A stretch of DNA of 64,000 bases from an uncultured Phycisphaeraceae bacterium (GCA_964426135.1 CAYRPN010000018.1:65-64064); one strand, 5' to 3'; positions 1 through 9,804 are shown, counted from the first letter of the stretch. Numbers and translations: made by a program. The notes: a model not told the origin generated them from the sequence alone.

Positions 1-60
1 CGCCCGTTTCAACCATTGTCAAGTACGCAGATGCCGGATGAGCCACTAATGATGCGTGAC

Positions 61-960
61 TCAGCCGTGGTAGTAGCGTTCGTTGATGATCTTGCCGTCT
101 TTCCACTCGGTGCGGACGACTTGCTCGAGGTTGATGGTCGAGCCATCCTTGACCTTCACGCTCAGCACAGCGTCGTAGAAGCTGACGTTGCCGTTGACCA
201 CCACGCTGCCGATCTTGTAAGCCACGAAGCCTGTGATGCCGACGGTCTCGCGGAACTTGCTCAGCCGATCGATCGCCGCCTGCTTGCCGAAGACCGGCGG
301 ATCGTTGCCTTCCTGCGTGACCACATCGTCGGCGAAATACTTCTCCTGCCCTTGCGTCATCTGGCCGATTTTGAGCATGGCGAGCATTTCCGTCAGCTTC
401 GCATGGACATCAGCATTTGAGGATTCCACCGCCTCGGCCTTGGGGAAGTCGATGTCGGTCTGGGCGACGTGGTTGAAATAGTTGGTGAAAAGATTCAGCG
501 CCACATTGGCGACGACTTCGGCGATGGCGGCGTCATCGACGCCGGCGGCGCGGACGGCCTGAAGATCCGCGTTCGTCGCACGGCCGCGCTGATCGACCAG
601 CAGCCGGGCGAAGCGTAGGAGTGCCTGCGTCGTGGCGTCACTCGCCGATGCCTGCCGACTGTCGTGGATCTGCTGCGGGCTCAGGCCGTTCATCTTGCCC
701 AGCACCGAGTGGGCGGCCAGGCAGTAATCGCATCCATTGGCCTCTGCGACGGCCAGAGCGATCTGCTCGCGGACCTTGCCGGAGAGAGCGCCCTTGCTCA
801 GCGCGCCGCTCAGGCCGACATAGCCTTGCAGCACTGCCGGTGAGTTGGCCATGACTCTGGCCATGTTGGGCACCATGCCCAGTCCCTTTTGCAAGGCTGC
901 GAAAATGTCCTTGTTCGTGCCCGTGGCGGTTTCGACGTTTTGAATCGGAAGGCGTGCCAT
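61..960 (-). CDS. Carboxymuconolactone decarboxylase/AhpD-like protein fused to a C-terminal SnoaL/NTF2-like domain
   Basis: ORF 61..1122(-), trimmed to the ATG at 958-960 (MARLPIQNVE...). The N-terminal ~190 aa carries the AhpD/CMD core with the GCDYCLAAHS CxxC motif. The C-terminal ~110 aa (..VVRTEWKDGKIINERYYHG) looks SnoaL-like. The 54 extra upstream codons read through a REP-like palindrome. Confidence 0.7.
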   Translation of the reverse strand: MARLPIQNVETATGTNKDIFAALQKGLGMVPNMARVMANSPAVLQGYVGLSGALSKGALSGKVREQIALAVAEANGCDYCLAAHSVLGKMNGLSPQQIHDSRQASASDATTQALLRFARLLVDQRGRATNADLQAVRAAGVDDAAIAEVVANVALNLFTNYFNHVAQTDIDFPKAEAVESSNADVHAKLTEMLAMLKIGQMTQGQEKYFADDVVTQEGNDPPVFGKQAAIDRLSKFRETVGITGFVAYKIGSVVVNGNVSFYDAVLSVKVKDGSTINLEQVVRTEWKDGKIINERYYHG

Positions 961-1080
961 GAAAAGCTCCTGATATCGGTGGTGTGTGCGACACCGGCAT
1001 CCGACGGAACATCCGTCGATGGCGGTCGGTCGCAAAGCGGATCGTTTGCGTTGTGCAAGTGCGGTCGAGTCGTATCCGAA

Positions 1081-1193
1081 CTCCCCTCCCTTCCAGGGAG
1101 GGGCAGGGGGAGGGTCGGGCAAACAGCCTGATTGGAGGCACCATCACGCAGTGCGCCCGACCCTCCCCTAACCCCTCCCTAAGAGGGAGGGGA
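1081..1193. repeat. REP-F palindromic element (CTCCCCTCCC..GGGAGGGG / GGGTCGGGC..GCCCGACCC), copy 1
   Basis: Nested inverted repeats are seen directly. A near-identical ~113-bp copy in the opposite orientation lies at 38396..38508. Confidence 0.8.
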
Positions 1194-1204
1194 ATCGGCG
1201 GCGA

Positions 1205-2272
1205 TCACTTGCCCGCCTTCTCCTGCATGAAGGCTCGAATCTTGCCGGCAATCACATCGCCCTGTTCCTCCAGGGCAAAGTGGCCCGTGTCCAGCAGATT
1301 GAAGTCGAGGTTCTTCAGATCGCGCTTGTACGGCTCCGCGCCCTCGGCGGGAAAGATGAAGTCGTTCTTGCCCCACACGATCAACGCCGGCGGCTGATGC
1401 TTGCGGAAATATTCCTGCCACTTCGGATAGAGCGGCGGATTGGTGGAGTAGCTCATGAAGAGCTGAATCTGAATGTCCTTGTTGCCCGGCCGATCCAGGC
1501 CCGCCTGATCGAGCGTCCAGGTGTCGGGGCTGATGGCGGTCTCATCCTTGACGCCGTGGGTCCACTGCCACTTGGTCGCGCCGACTTCGAGGAACTGCGC
1601 CAAGGCGGCGCGGTTGGGGGCGGACTGTTCTTTCCAGTAGGCCTTGAACGGAATCCAAAAATCGCGCAGGCCTTCGTCGTAGGCGTTGCCGTTCTGAATG
1701 ATCAGGCCGGTGATTCGCTGCGGGTGGGCGCTGGCGATGCGGAAGCCGACGGGAGCGCCGTAGTCCTGGACATAGAGTGCGAACTTCGTCGCGCCGACTG
1801 CCTCGGTGAACTTGTCGACCACCTTCGCCAGATTGTCGAAGCTGTAGTCGAAGTCCTTCACGCTGGGTGCCGAGCTGTGACCGTAGCCCGGATAGTCGGG
1901 GGCCAGGACGCGGTACTTGTCGGCGAGTGCGGGGATGAGGTTGCGGAACATGTGCGAGGAGGTGGGGAAGCCGTGGAGCAGCAGAATGGTCGGGGCATCC
2001 TTGGGGCCGGCCTCTCGGTAGAAGATGTCCAAGCCATCGATCTTGACGGTGCGGTGGTGGACGATCGGCGTGTTGCGGCCGGTGCCAGCAGTTGCACCGG
2101 CGTTCGAATTGACCTCGGCGGCGCGGCTGCGCTCCGCCACCCCGCTGAAGCCGGCACTGAGCAGAAGGAAAACGATGAGAGCCGTCACAATGCGGCTGAC
2201 GGGCCCGCAGTGCCGGAGCCGCGGTTCTGCGAGGTCGTTGTTGGCAAGTTGCATGGGTGTGATCTTGTGCAT
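1205..2272 (-). CDS. Alpha/beta-hydrolase fold protein (epoxide hydrolase / haloalkane dehalogenase-like), secreted or membrane-anchored
   Basis: ORF 1205..2323(-) starts at a TTG; the first ATG (MHKITPMQ..) is at 2272. A hydrophobic N-terminal segment is followed by [27 protein letters not shown] and a VQDYGAPVG nucleophile-elbow-like motif. Confidence 0.75.
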   Translation of the reverse strand: MHKITPMQLANNDLAEPRLRHCGPVSRIVTALIVFLLLSAGFSGVAERSRAAEVNSNAGATAGTGRNTPIVHHRTVKIDGLDIFYREAGPKDAPTILLLHGFPTSSHMFRNLIPALADKYRVLAPDYPGYGHSSAPSVKDFDYSFDNLAKVVDKFTEAVGATKFALYVQDYGAPVGFRIASAHPQRITGLIIQNGNAYDEGLRDFWIPFKAYWKEQSAPNRAALAQFLEVGATKWQWTHGVKDETAISPDTWTLDQAGLDRPGNKDIQIQLFMSYSTNPPLYPKWQEYFRKHQPPALIVWGKNDFIFPAEGAEPYKRDLKNLDFNLLDTGHFALEEQGDVIAGKIRAFMQEKAGK

Positions 2273-2324
2273 GCACGGATTCCTTTGAGAGAAGTTGGAC
2301 GAGCAACTGGATGTCGCACACAAG

Positions 2325-2344
2325 TATACTGACTAGTCAGTATA
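2325..2344. promoter_or_regulatory. Perfect 20-bp palindrome TATACTGACTAGTCAGTATA, candidate TetR operator
   Basis: Exact inverted repeat in the 187-bp divergent spacer between the hydrolase gene (-) and the TetR gene (+). Confidence 0.55.
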
Positions 2345-2459
2345 TGTCAAGGACCGGCTCTGATTTGCTTGATTTAAGACGAGTATCAGCTAGGATTTCG
2401 AAGCAGGACGCCTCTATAAATACTGCCCAATCAGTCTATTAGACCAACCGAGTCACCCC

Positions 2460-3056
2460 ATGCCAGCAAGCAAACGCGATGAACTGATCGATGCCGCCAT
2501 GCGGGTTTTCTACCGGCATGGTTTTCACGCCAGCGGCTTGGAGAGCATTCTGGAAGAGGGTGGCATCAGCCGAATGACGCTTTACAACCACTTCAAATCG
2601 AAGGACGAGCTGATCTTGGCCGCTCTGCGCCGTCGCGACGAGATTTTCCGCAATCGAATGATGAAATTCGTCGAAGCCAGTGCCGCCGCACCTGGCGATC
2701 GGCTGCTGGCGGTGTTCGACTTCCACGAGCAGTGGTTCACCGGCAAGGATTTCTGCGGCTGCATGTTCATCAACGCCGCCGCCGAATTCGCCGACCCCAG
2801 ATCGGCGGTGCGCGAATTGGCCGCCGAGCATAAGCGGGCAATTCTTCGGTATCTGATCGAACTCTGCCGCCAGGGTGGATTTGAAAATCCGCCGCACATC
2901 GCCCAGCAACTCAACCTCCTGATCGAAGGTGCCATCGTCACCGCGCAGGTCGTCGGCCAGGTTCAAGACGGCGGCGCAGATCCGGGAGCGCCGGCCAAAC
3001 TTGCAAGGGACATGGCGCGGCGAATCATGGCGGAGTGGAGCCTTGCTCGAAGATGA
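2460..3056 (+). CDS. TetR/AcrR family transcriptional regulator
   Basis: ATG start. N-terminal HTH (RDELIDAAMRVFYRHGFHASGLESILEEGGISRMTLYNHFKSKDELI) and about 200 aa in length, both typical of the TetR family. Confidence 0.85.
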   Translation: MPASKRDELIDAAMRVFYRHGFHASGLESILEEGGISRMTLYNHFKSKDELILAALRRRDEIFRNRMMKFVEASAAAPGDRLLAVFDFHEQWFTGKDFCGCMFINAAAEFADPRSAVRELAAEHKRAILRYLIELCRQGGFENPPHIAQQLNLLIEGAIVTAQVVGQVQDGGADPGAPAKLARDMARRIMAEWSLARR

Positions 3057-3193
3057 ATGACCGCGCCGGGTTCACGATCAGCCGCACCGTGCCGTGCCCG
3101 GCAGCCCCAGCATCCGCGTCGCGGTGAAACGCATCGCATCGATGAAGCTGACGCGCCGCACGCGGGCCATTTCACGAGAAATCTCAGCCATCC

Positions 3194-3472
3194 GTGGCCT
3201 CCTGGGTGTGGTGTCGCGAAGCAACACCAGCATCGCAGGAGGTCGAACTTTGCGCAAGTCAATCTAAGTTGTTTGTTGTCGCGGAGCTAGGGCTTAACCG
3301 AAGGGCATTCCAGAATGACCCCTTTTCTCCCTCCATTGTCGGCAACGAAGATTGGGAACACTATTGGTCCGTCTGGGAATCAATCAAGACGGAACTGCGT
3401 GAAGCGCAACAGGTGGCCGACGCGTTGAAGATGCGCGTCAAAGCGGAACTTGAAAAGCAAAAGGAGCGGTGA
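3194..3472 (+). CDS. Small hypothetical protein (start uncertain)
   Basis: ORF in a locally lower-GC patch. The C-terminal part (..EDWEHYWSVWESIKTELREAQQVADALKMRVKAELEKQKER) looks helical and protein-like. No recognisable family; GTG at 3194 and TTG at 3269 are possible starts. Confidence 0.25.
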   Translation: MASWVWCREATPASQEVELCASQSKLFVVAELGLNRRAFQNDPFSPSIVGNEDWEHYWSVWESIKTELREAQQVADALKMRVKAELEKQKER

Positions 3473-3533
3473 ATTGCCGGACAAATCCATGGTGCACGCG
3501 CGACGAAAGGTTTCGCGCCAATCGCACTTCACT

Positions 3534-3995
3534 TCACCGCACCTCCGCCATCATCTCCACCTCCACCGTCGCGCCCAGCGGCAGGGTGTTGACGCCCACG
3601 GCGGCGCGGGCGTGGCGGCCCGGTTCGCCGAGGAGTTCGCCGATCAGTTCGCTGGCGCCGTTGGCGACCTTGGGCTGGTCGGTGAAGGCGTCGTCGCTGG
3701 CGACGAAGACGCCCAGGCGGACGATGCGCACGAGGCGGGACCAGTCGCCGGCGATCTGGTCGCCGACGACCGCCAGGGCGTTGAGAGCGCACTGCCGGGC
3801 GGCGTGCTGAGCGGCTTCGAGCGAGACCTTCGACGGCACGGGGCCGGTCGCCAGGAGCTTGCCGTCCTTGAAGGGGAGCTGTCCGCTGATGACGACGAGG
3901 TTGCCGGTGCGGACGGCTGGGACATAGACGGCGACGGGTTTGGGAGCGGCGGGCAGTTCCAGGCCGAGCGATTTCAGTTTGGCGATGAGGTCCAT
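3534..3995 (-). CDS. RidA/YjgF/L-PSP family protein
   Basis: Trimmed to the ATG at 3993-3995 (MDLIAKLKSLGLELP..). It is ~150 aa with ..VRTGNLVVISGQLP.. and a C-terminal ..GVNTLPLGATVEVEMMAEV, as in the RidA family. Confidence 0.8.
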   Translation of the reverse strand: MDLIAKLKSLGLELPAAPKPVAVYVPAVRTGNLVVISGQLPFKDGKLLATGPVPSKVSLEAAQHAARQCALNALAVVGDQIAGDWSRLVRIVRLGVFVASDDAFTDQPKVANGASELIGELLGEPGRHARAAVGVNTLPLGATVEVEMMAEVR

Positions 3996-4098
3996 GCCGG
4001 CATGATCGCGGGGGCGGGTGAATGGGGCAACTGGGCGGGGCCCCCGCCCGGCGCGCTGCCGATCGGCGCAGACGCAACCTTCCACGCGATGGCCACGC

Positions 4099-7000
4099 TC
4101 ACTTCGCCGCCGTCTTCTCCGCCGCCGGCACTTCGAACTTCGCGATCTCCGCGCCGCTGACGCCGTTCCACACGTGGACGATGCTGGCCTGTCCGCCGGC
4201 GACGACGATTTTGCCGTCGGGCGTGGCGGCTGCGCAGTAGATGGCGTCGGTGGTGCCGGTGTAGGTGCGGACGCTGCCGCCGTTTTCCTTGATCTGCTTC
4301 ACCTGTCCGTCGCCGGCACAGACCACGGCGCTGTCGCCGACGCCGATGAAGCGGATGGCGGTGACTTCCTTGGGCGAGCCGTCGGTGGTTTTTTTCTGGC
4401 CGCCGGCGACGAAGTCCCAGGTCTTCAGTTTGCCGTCGGCGCCGGCGCTCATGAGCGTGCGGCCGTCCGCCATCCAGCTCACGCCCAACACGTGATGCGT
4501 GTGGCCTTCGAAGGACATGACGAATTTTCCGTCGGCGACGGTCCAGGTCTTGACGAATTTGTCGGCGGCGCAGGTGGCGAGGTGTTTGTCGTCGTAGGAG
4601 AACTCCAGGCCGAAGACGGTGTCGCTGTGCGGGTCTTTCAGTTCGCGGATCAGCGCGCCGTCGGCGGGGTTCCAGATTTTCACTTCGCCGCTGCGCGACG
4701 GGTTGCCGCCGCCGGTGGCGAGCATTTTTCCATCGGTGCTGAAGGCGAGGGAAATGACGCGGTCGACCAGCGGCGAATCGCTTTCGCCTGAGCCGATGAA
4801 GCGCTCCAGCGTCCAGTCCCCGCCGCTGCCCCATGCGATCGCCTTCTGATCGGCGGAGCCTGACACGATCGTGCCATTAGGCAGCATGGCGACGGCGAAC
4901 ACGGCGCCGCCGTGGCCCTTGACGACATCGATGGCGGCGCCGTCGTCGGCGCTCCACGTCTGCACCACGCCGGCCTCGTCGCCGGTGACGATGGTCTTGC
5001 CGTCGGCGGAGAACGCGATGGCGACGATGGGCTTGCCCGGTTCCGTCGCGGCCTTCTTCGCGGCGGCGGAATCCTCCGCGGCTTTCTTCTGCGCAGCCTC
5101 GGCGGCCTTCGCTTCGGCCTGCGCCGCCGCCAGCGCTTCCTCGGATTTTTTCTGGCTGTTCGTCGCGGCGATCACGGCGTTGGCGCTGCTGTCCTTGTTG
5201 CGCTGCGCCGCTTCGAAGGCGTTCTTCGCGTCCGTGTATGGCTTCTCCTGCGCCTTCACCGCGGTGTCGGCGGTGTTCTTCTTGTTCGTCAGGTCGGTGA
5301 CCAGCTTGTCCGCGTCCGCCTTGGCTTTTTCGGCGGCGGCGCGCTTGGCGTCGATGTCGGTGAATGCCTTGGCCGCGGCGGCCTTGGCGGCGGCCAGCGG
5401 CTCGAGCGCCTTGGCGGCTGCCGCCGCGTCGTCCTGCGCTTTCTTCAGCGCCGCCTGCCGCTTGGCCTGTTCGTCCTGCGCCGCCTTCAATGCGTCGGCG
5501 GCGGCTTTGTCCTTGGCGTCTTTGTCGGCGGCCTTCTTCGCCGCGGCGACCTTGTCGTCCTGCGATTTCACTTTCGCATCCGCGGCCTTTACCGCTTCGT
5601 CAGCCGTCGCTTTCGCCTTCTCCGCGGCCTTGGCGGCGGTGTCGGCTTCGGTCATCTTCGCCTGCGCCGCCTTCGCTTCCGCTTTCAACGGCTCCAGCGC
5701 GGCGGCGGCCGCCTTCTGATCCTCCGTCGCCTTGGCGAGCAGCGGCGTCACTTCCGCCAGCGGCTTGTCCGCCGCGTCCTTGGCCGCCTGTGCCTTCTTG
5801 AAAGCATCGTCCTTCACCTTCAACTCGTCTTCCGCTTTCTTCGCGGTTTCCTTGCTCTTGTTCACCGCTTCGCCTTCGCTCTTCTTGCGGGCTTCGGTGT
5901 CGGTGATCAGCTTCTTGTAGTACGCCACGTGCTGGTCCTGCAGCGCGGCGATGCGGGCTTTCTCCTCGACCAGGAAGGTGCCTTGCGGGCTGCCTTTCAG
6001 TTCGCCGGCGGCGCTGCCGCTGTCGGCTTTCCAGAGCTTGGCGCCGCCAGCGCCGCAGGAGGCGAAGCGCGTGCCATCGGGCCGCACCGCCACGCCGGTG
6101 ACCGGTCCGCCGTGCGCGATGCTCTTGATCGCCTTGCCTTTTTCGCCGTCGATATGGGCGAGGTTGCCGTCCTGGCTTCCGGTGAGGAACTGCGTGTCGG
6201 CGGCGGGCACGGTCGCCATCGCGGTGACGGGGCCTTTGTGCTGCGCGATTTCGAAGAGAGCTTTCGCGGGGGCGGCCGGCAGTTTCGCGTCGGCGGCGTT
6301 CCAGATGCGCACCTGGCCGTCGTTATGGCCCGTGGCGATTTTCGCGTCCTTCGCCAGCCAGGTCACCGCGGAAACTTCGCCCGGCGTGTCGAGCTGCGCC
6401 GCCTGCTTGCCGTCGGCGATGGTCCAGACGCGCACGCTCTTGTCGGCTGAGCCGGTGAGCAGCTTCGTGCTGTCGGCTGAGAATTTCAGATCCGTCACCG
6501 CGCCGCCGTGCCCGGCGAGATCCTTGGCGGGCTTGCCGTCGGCGGCGTTCCAGAGCTTGACGGTGTTGCCCGGGGCGACGGTGGCGATCCACTTGCCGTC
6601 CGCGCTGGCGGCGAGGTCGGTCACGGGCAGTCCCGCGCCCATCTCGGCGAGCTTGGCCGCGCCCGGCCGGCGCCAGAGCTTCACCGTGCGATAGCCGCCG
6701 GAAGCGAGCAGCATGCCGTCGGGGCTGAACGCCAGCGACTGCACGAGATCGCGCTCCGCCACGCCCGGCTGTTTCGCGAAGCCGCTCTTGAGCAGGTTCG
6801 GATCGGTGAGTCGCGTGACCAGCGTCTTGCTCGGAATGTGGTAGATGAAGATCTGGTTGGCACGCGCGGCGGCGAGGAACTGGCCATCCTGCGTGACGGC
6901 GATCGCGTAGATCGGATTCAGCCCGGCCGGCAGCGGTTGCCAGACAATCGGAATCTGCTGGATGACGACCTGGCCCTTGGCGCCCTGGTCGATCCAGAGT

Positions 7001-7416
7001 TTCAGCAGGCCGAGTTCCTCAGGCTTGAGGTTGGGGGCATTGGCCTTGTTGTTCTTCGGCGGCATGATCGGCTTGGCCTGGTGGGCGGCGACTTTCAGGA
7101 GCAGGCTCTCGCCGCTCTTGCCCGCCACGACGGCCGGGCCGCTCTCGCCGCCCTTGAGAATCGTCGCGGGCGTTTCCAGAACCAGGTCGCCCTTGTGATC
7201 GGTTGCGTTGTGGCATGCGGTGCAGCTTCGCTTGAGGATCGGCAGGATTTCCTTCTGAAAGTCCACCGTGTCCGTGCGCTTCAGGTCGGCGATGGGCAGG
7301 GCGGCGGATTTCTCCTTGTCCTTCTCGTCGGCGGCCAGCACCGGCGCCGGCGCGAAGCTCAGAACGAGGGCGGAAACAGCGAGAAGATGGGCCAGCAGGA
7401 ACCGGTGGTTCAACAT
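4099..7416 (-). CDS. Secreted PSCyt1-type cytochrome c domain / WD40-repeat protein with central A/K/E-rich coiled coil
   Basis: Signal peptide, then ..ILKRSCTACHN.. (a single CxxCH in a Planctomycete-cytochrome-C-like context). Many WD40-like units follow (..LASGGYRTVKLW.., ..GSADKSVRVW.., ..GHNDGQVRIW..). A ~280-aa alanine/lysine-rich segment comes next, then further WD40 units. Confidence 0.8.
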   Translation of the reverse strand: MLNHRFLLAHLLAVSALVLSFAPAPVLAADEKDKEKSAALPIADLKRTDTVDFQKEILPILKRSCTACHNATDHKGDLVLETPATILKGGESGPAVVAGKSGESLLLKVAAHQAKPIMPPKNNKANAPNLKPEELGLLKLWIDQGAKGQVVIQQIPIVWQPLPAGLNPIYAIAVTQDGQFLAAARANQIFIYHIPSKTLVTRLTDPNLLKSGFAKQPGVAERDLVQSLAFSPDGMLLASGGYRTVKLWRRPGAAKLAEMGAGLPVTDLAASADGKWIATVAPGNTVKLWNAADGKPAKDLAGHGGAVTDLKFSADSTKLLTGSADKSVRVWTIADGKQAAQLDTPGEVSAVTWLAKDAKIATGHNDGQVRIWNAADAKLPAAPAKALFEIAQHKGPVTAMATVPAADTQFLTGSQDGNLAHIDGEKGKAIKSIAHGGPVTGVAVRPDGTRFASCGAGGAKLWKADSGSAAGELKGSPQGTFLVEEKARIAALQDQHVAYYKKLITDTEARKKSEGEAVNKSKETAKKAEDELKVKDDAFKKAQAAKDAADKPLAEVTPLLAKATEDQKAAAAALEPLKAEAKAAQAKMTEADTAAKAAEKAKATADEAVKAADAKVKSQDDKVAAAKKAADKDAKDKAAADALKAAQDEQAKRQAALKKAQDDAAAAAKALEPLAAAKAAAAKAFTDIDAKRAAAEKAKADADKLVTDLTNKKNTADTAVKAQEKPYTDAKNAFEAAQRNKDSSANAVIAATNSQKKSEEALAAAQAEAKAAEAAQKKAAEDSAAAKKAATEPGKPIVAIAFSADGKTIVTGDEAGVVQTWSADDGAAIDVVKGHGGAVFAVAMLPNGTIVSGSADQKAIAWGSGGDWTLERFIGSGESDSPLVDRVISLAFSTDGKMLATGGGNPSRSGEVKIWNPADGALIRELKDPHSDTVFGLEFSYDDKHLATCAADKFVKTWTVADGKFVMSFEGHTHHVLGVSWMADGRTLMSAGADGKLKTWDFVAGGQKKTTDGSPKEVTAIRFIGVGDSAVVCAGDGQVKQIKENGGSVRTYTGTTDAIYCAAATPDGKIVVAGGQASIVHVWNGVSGAEIAKFEVPAAEKTAAK

Positions 7417-7553
7417 GATGCGTCGCTCCGTCGAGAGGAGAATGACTTTTCTCCAGCTCGTGAAGTATTGACGCGGCGGGTGTGGGAGTTAGCCAGAAGG
7501 GCGATTGGTCGGGGATAAGGAATGTGGGGGAGGGGCAGTCATGATTTGATCGC

Positions 7554-7728
7554 GGTTAGCGGAAACGCCGCAGGCGTCTGGACGAAGGACTGCGGGCATG
7601 CATCGTGCGTCGTGCGGACGGTACCGGGCACAAGCGCGGTCTGGTTTGCGTTCGCAAGCCACACGAGCCACACGCGAATCGGTGGCGCAGTGATGCTCGT
7701 CCAGACGCCTGCGGCGTTTCCGCTAACC
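7554..7728. repeat. REP-G palindrome pair (GGTTAGCGGAAACGCCGCAGGCGTCTGGACGA ... inverse)
   Basis: 32-nt arms at 7554..7585 and 7697..7728 are reverse complements. The right arm is identical over 32/32 nt to 45896..45927 inside the decahaem CDS. Confidence 0.85.
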
Positions 7729-7747
7729 GGGTTGCCGCGTTACCTAT

Positions 7748-8455
7748 TCACCGCAGCGCCGCCCGCTGCGCCTTCATCAACTGGCGAATCCCGCGCGACG
7801 CCAGGTTGAGCATCTCGTCGAGTTGCTTGCGTGAGAACGTGCCGCCTTCGCCGGTGCCTTGCACTTCGATGAACTGGCCCTTGCTGTTCATGGCGACGTT
7901 CATGTCGACATCCGCCTTGCTGTCGAGCGGGTAGTCCAGATCGAGGTGCGTGCGGCCGTCGATGACGCCGACGCTGACGGCGGCGACGGGGCCGATGAGC
8001 GGATCGCCCGCGATCAGGCCGGCGGCCTTCGCATGGGCCACGGCCTTGGCGAGCGCGACGTAGGCGCCGGTGATCGAGGCGGTGCGCGTGCCGCCATCGG
8101 CGCTGAGCACATCGCAGTCGCAGGTGATGGCGATGCCGGGCATTTTTTTCAGGTCGATGGCGGCGCGGAGGACGCGGCCGATGAGTCGCTGGATTTCCGT
8201 GGCGCGACCATCGGGGCCGCGCTTTTTGCGATCGCGCGTGGAGCCGGGCAGCATCGCGTATTCCGCCGTGATCCAGCCGGAGCGGGGCTGCCCCGTTTCC
8301 TTGTCGATGAGGAAGGCTGGCACCTCAGTGGAGATGCTGGCGGTGCAGAGCACGCGCGTTTCACCCTGCGTGATGATCACGCTGCCGGCGGCGGCGGAAG
8401 GGAACGGAGTGATCGAGACGAGGCGAAGTTCGTTCGGTTTGCGTGGGCGGAGCAT
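7748..8455 (-). CDS. rph: Ribonuclease PH
   Basis: Trimmed to the ATG at 8453-8455 (MLRPRKPNELR..). Full-length similarity to RNase PH (..AEYAMLPGSTRDR.., ..DCDVLSADGGTRTASITGAYVAL..). Confidence 0.9.
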   Translation of the reverse strand: MLRPRKPNELRLVSITPFPSAAAGSVIITQGETRVLCTASISTEVPAFLIDKETGQPRSGWITAEYAMLPGSTRDRKKRGPDGRATEIQRLIGRVLRAAIDLKKMPGIAITCDCDVLSADGGTRTASITGAYVALAKAVAHAKAAGLIAGDPLIGPVAAVSVGVIDGRTHLDLDYPLDSKADVDMNVAMNSKGQFIEVQGTGEGGTFSRKQLDEMLNLASRGIRQLMKAQRAALR

Positions 8456-8530
8456 TCTGAGATGAGAGCAGAGGCGTGGGTGCGCTGCAAGAGGAGCGGG
8501 TGAGTAGGTGAAGTGCTGACGGTGAAGGGA

Positions 8531-8650
8531 TTGCAAATTGAAAATTGAAAAATGCAAATTGAAAATTGTTAGGACAATGAGTGCCAATCGGGCAGTGGTC
8601 CCGGCAATCCGCAATTTTCAATTTTCACTTTTCACTTTTCAATTTTCAAT
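8531..8650. repeat. Foldback with AT-rich tandem-repeat arms (TTGAAAA/TTGCAAA units vs complement)
   Basis: The left arm at 8531..8568 and the right arm at 8612..8650 are imperfect reverse complements built from 7-8-nt repeats. Confidence 0.75.
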
Positions 8651-8674
8651 ATTCCGAATCTCGACTCATCCCGC

Positions 8675-9490
8675 CTACGGCTTCCCATACGCCGCCGGCG
8701 GCGGGGTCCAGGCGCCCAGGTCGTCCTGGTAGAAGTAGCCGATGCGGGCGGCGGGGTTCCAGGAGTGGATGAAGATGAGCTTGCTGAAATCGACCCACTG
8801 CACGGAGCCGTCGAGGTAAAGCTGATTGCCGCCGGCGGGATAGACCTGGCCGCCGGCCTTGTGTGCGGGCAGGCCGCCGTAGGCACTGGCGCGGCCGCCG
8901 CCCCAGACGCCGTCGATCTTCATGGCGGCGTCGGCGGCGAGAGTCCAGCGTCCGTTGCTCCGCAGCGAGACGGGGCTTCGCGACTTCATCGATCCGACAT
9001 ACGGATTCAGCCAGGTGTCGATCCCGCCCAGATACTGGTAGCCGACGACGAGCTGCGGGTAGCCGACTTCCCACTGGCTTTTGTAGGCGCGGCCGGGACA
9101 GTCCCACAGCGGCGACGCGTCGTAGTGCGTGATGCCGCCGCCCTGATTTTTCTTCGGTCCCACCGCCAGCCCCACCGTCGCCAGTGCGTCGACCCAGTCG
9201 ATGCTCGCATCCCACGAGCGATCGTTGTGCACCGACAGCCCGCCGGGGTTGAAGCATTTCTGCACGCTGCGGCCGCGGGCGATGAACAGCCGGCCGCTGT
9301 TGGCCGTGCCGTACTCAACCGCCGCCTGCCCGATGCCGGACATGTTGGAGGCGCACTTGGAGCGCGTCGCGCTGTCCCGCGCCGTGCGCAGCGAAGGCAA
9401 CAGCAGGCTGATCAGCAGCACGATGATCGCGACGACGACCAGCATCTCCACGAGCGTAAACGCACCGGATTTGCGAGCGAAATGCGACAT
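8675..9490 (-). CDS. Prepilin-type N-terminal cleavage/methylation domain protein (Planctomycete DUF1559-like pseudopilin)
   Basis: Trimmed to the ATG at 9488-9490. The N-terminus MSHFARKSGAFTLVEMLVVVAIIVLLISLLLPSL is the classic type IV pilin-like methylation motif. The ORF's upstream 86 codons run through REP-A. Confidence 0.75.
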   Translation of the reverse strand: MSHFARKSGAFTLVEMLVVVAIIVLLISLLLPSLRTARDSATRSKCASNMSGIGQAAVEYGTANSGRLFIARGRSVQKCFNPGGLSVHNDRSWDASIDWVDALATVGLAVGPKKNQGGGITHYDASPLWDCPGRAYKSQWEVGYPQLVVGYQYLGGIDTWLNPYVGSMKSRSPVSLRSNGRWTLAADAAMKIDGVWGGGRASAYGGLPAHKAGGQVYPAGGNQLYLDGSVQWVDFSKLIFIHSWNPAARIGYFYQDDLGAWTPPPAAYGKP

Positions 9491-9617
9491 GCAGTTGCAG
9501 GGATCAGGCTGAACCGGAGAACCAGGGCCAAACGAATGCTGGCCAGACTGCAACCATGATAGCACGAGGTGGCAAGATCGACGACTGCGAAATGTAAAGG
9601 GAATCCGCCGCTGCGGC

Positions 9618-9753
9618 GTAGGGTGGGCACCGCCCACCATGAACATGGGACGGCACAGAACGCACGAAAAGCCAGATCCGGCGCGGCGAGTGGGCGAACG
9701 AAACCTGCGTCTGGCGGCGCGGGGTTCACCGTGGTGGGCAGTGCCCACCCTAC
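9618..9753. repeat. REP-A palindrome pair (GTAGGGTGGGCAC(C/G)GCCCACC ... GGTGGGCAGTGCCCACCCTAC)
   Basis: Two self-complementary units sit in inverted orientation. The same unit recurs at 15619..15639 and 57271..57337. Confidence 0.85.
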
Positions 9754-9804
9754 GCTCGAATCACAGGTCTGCCGGCCCCCGCGTCTCGGAGTGCCGCGGC
9801 TACG

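Noticed and set aside
2963-3290. ORFs 2963..3262(-) and 3057..3290(+) downstream of the TetR gene.
   Set aside because: They are mutually overlapping and Arg/Pro/Cys-rich with no motifs. They are most likely non-coding.
9491-9748. N-terminal extensions of tracked ORFs that translate REP DNA into recurring peptides. Examples are ..MVGGAHPT.. / ..WWAVPTL.., ..FPRRSRGLTA.., ..LAGGLARR.. and ..FSDGACPV.., seen at 8675..9748, 15650..16699, 27065..28636, 35043..35864, 12349..13899 and 14722..15486.
   Set aside because: The same peptides arise wherever a REP family member is read in frame. The conserved protein cores begin at downstream start codons, so the extensions are artefacts of longest-ORF calling.
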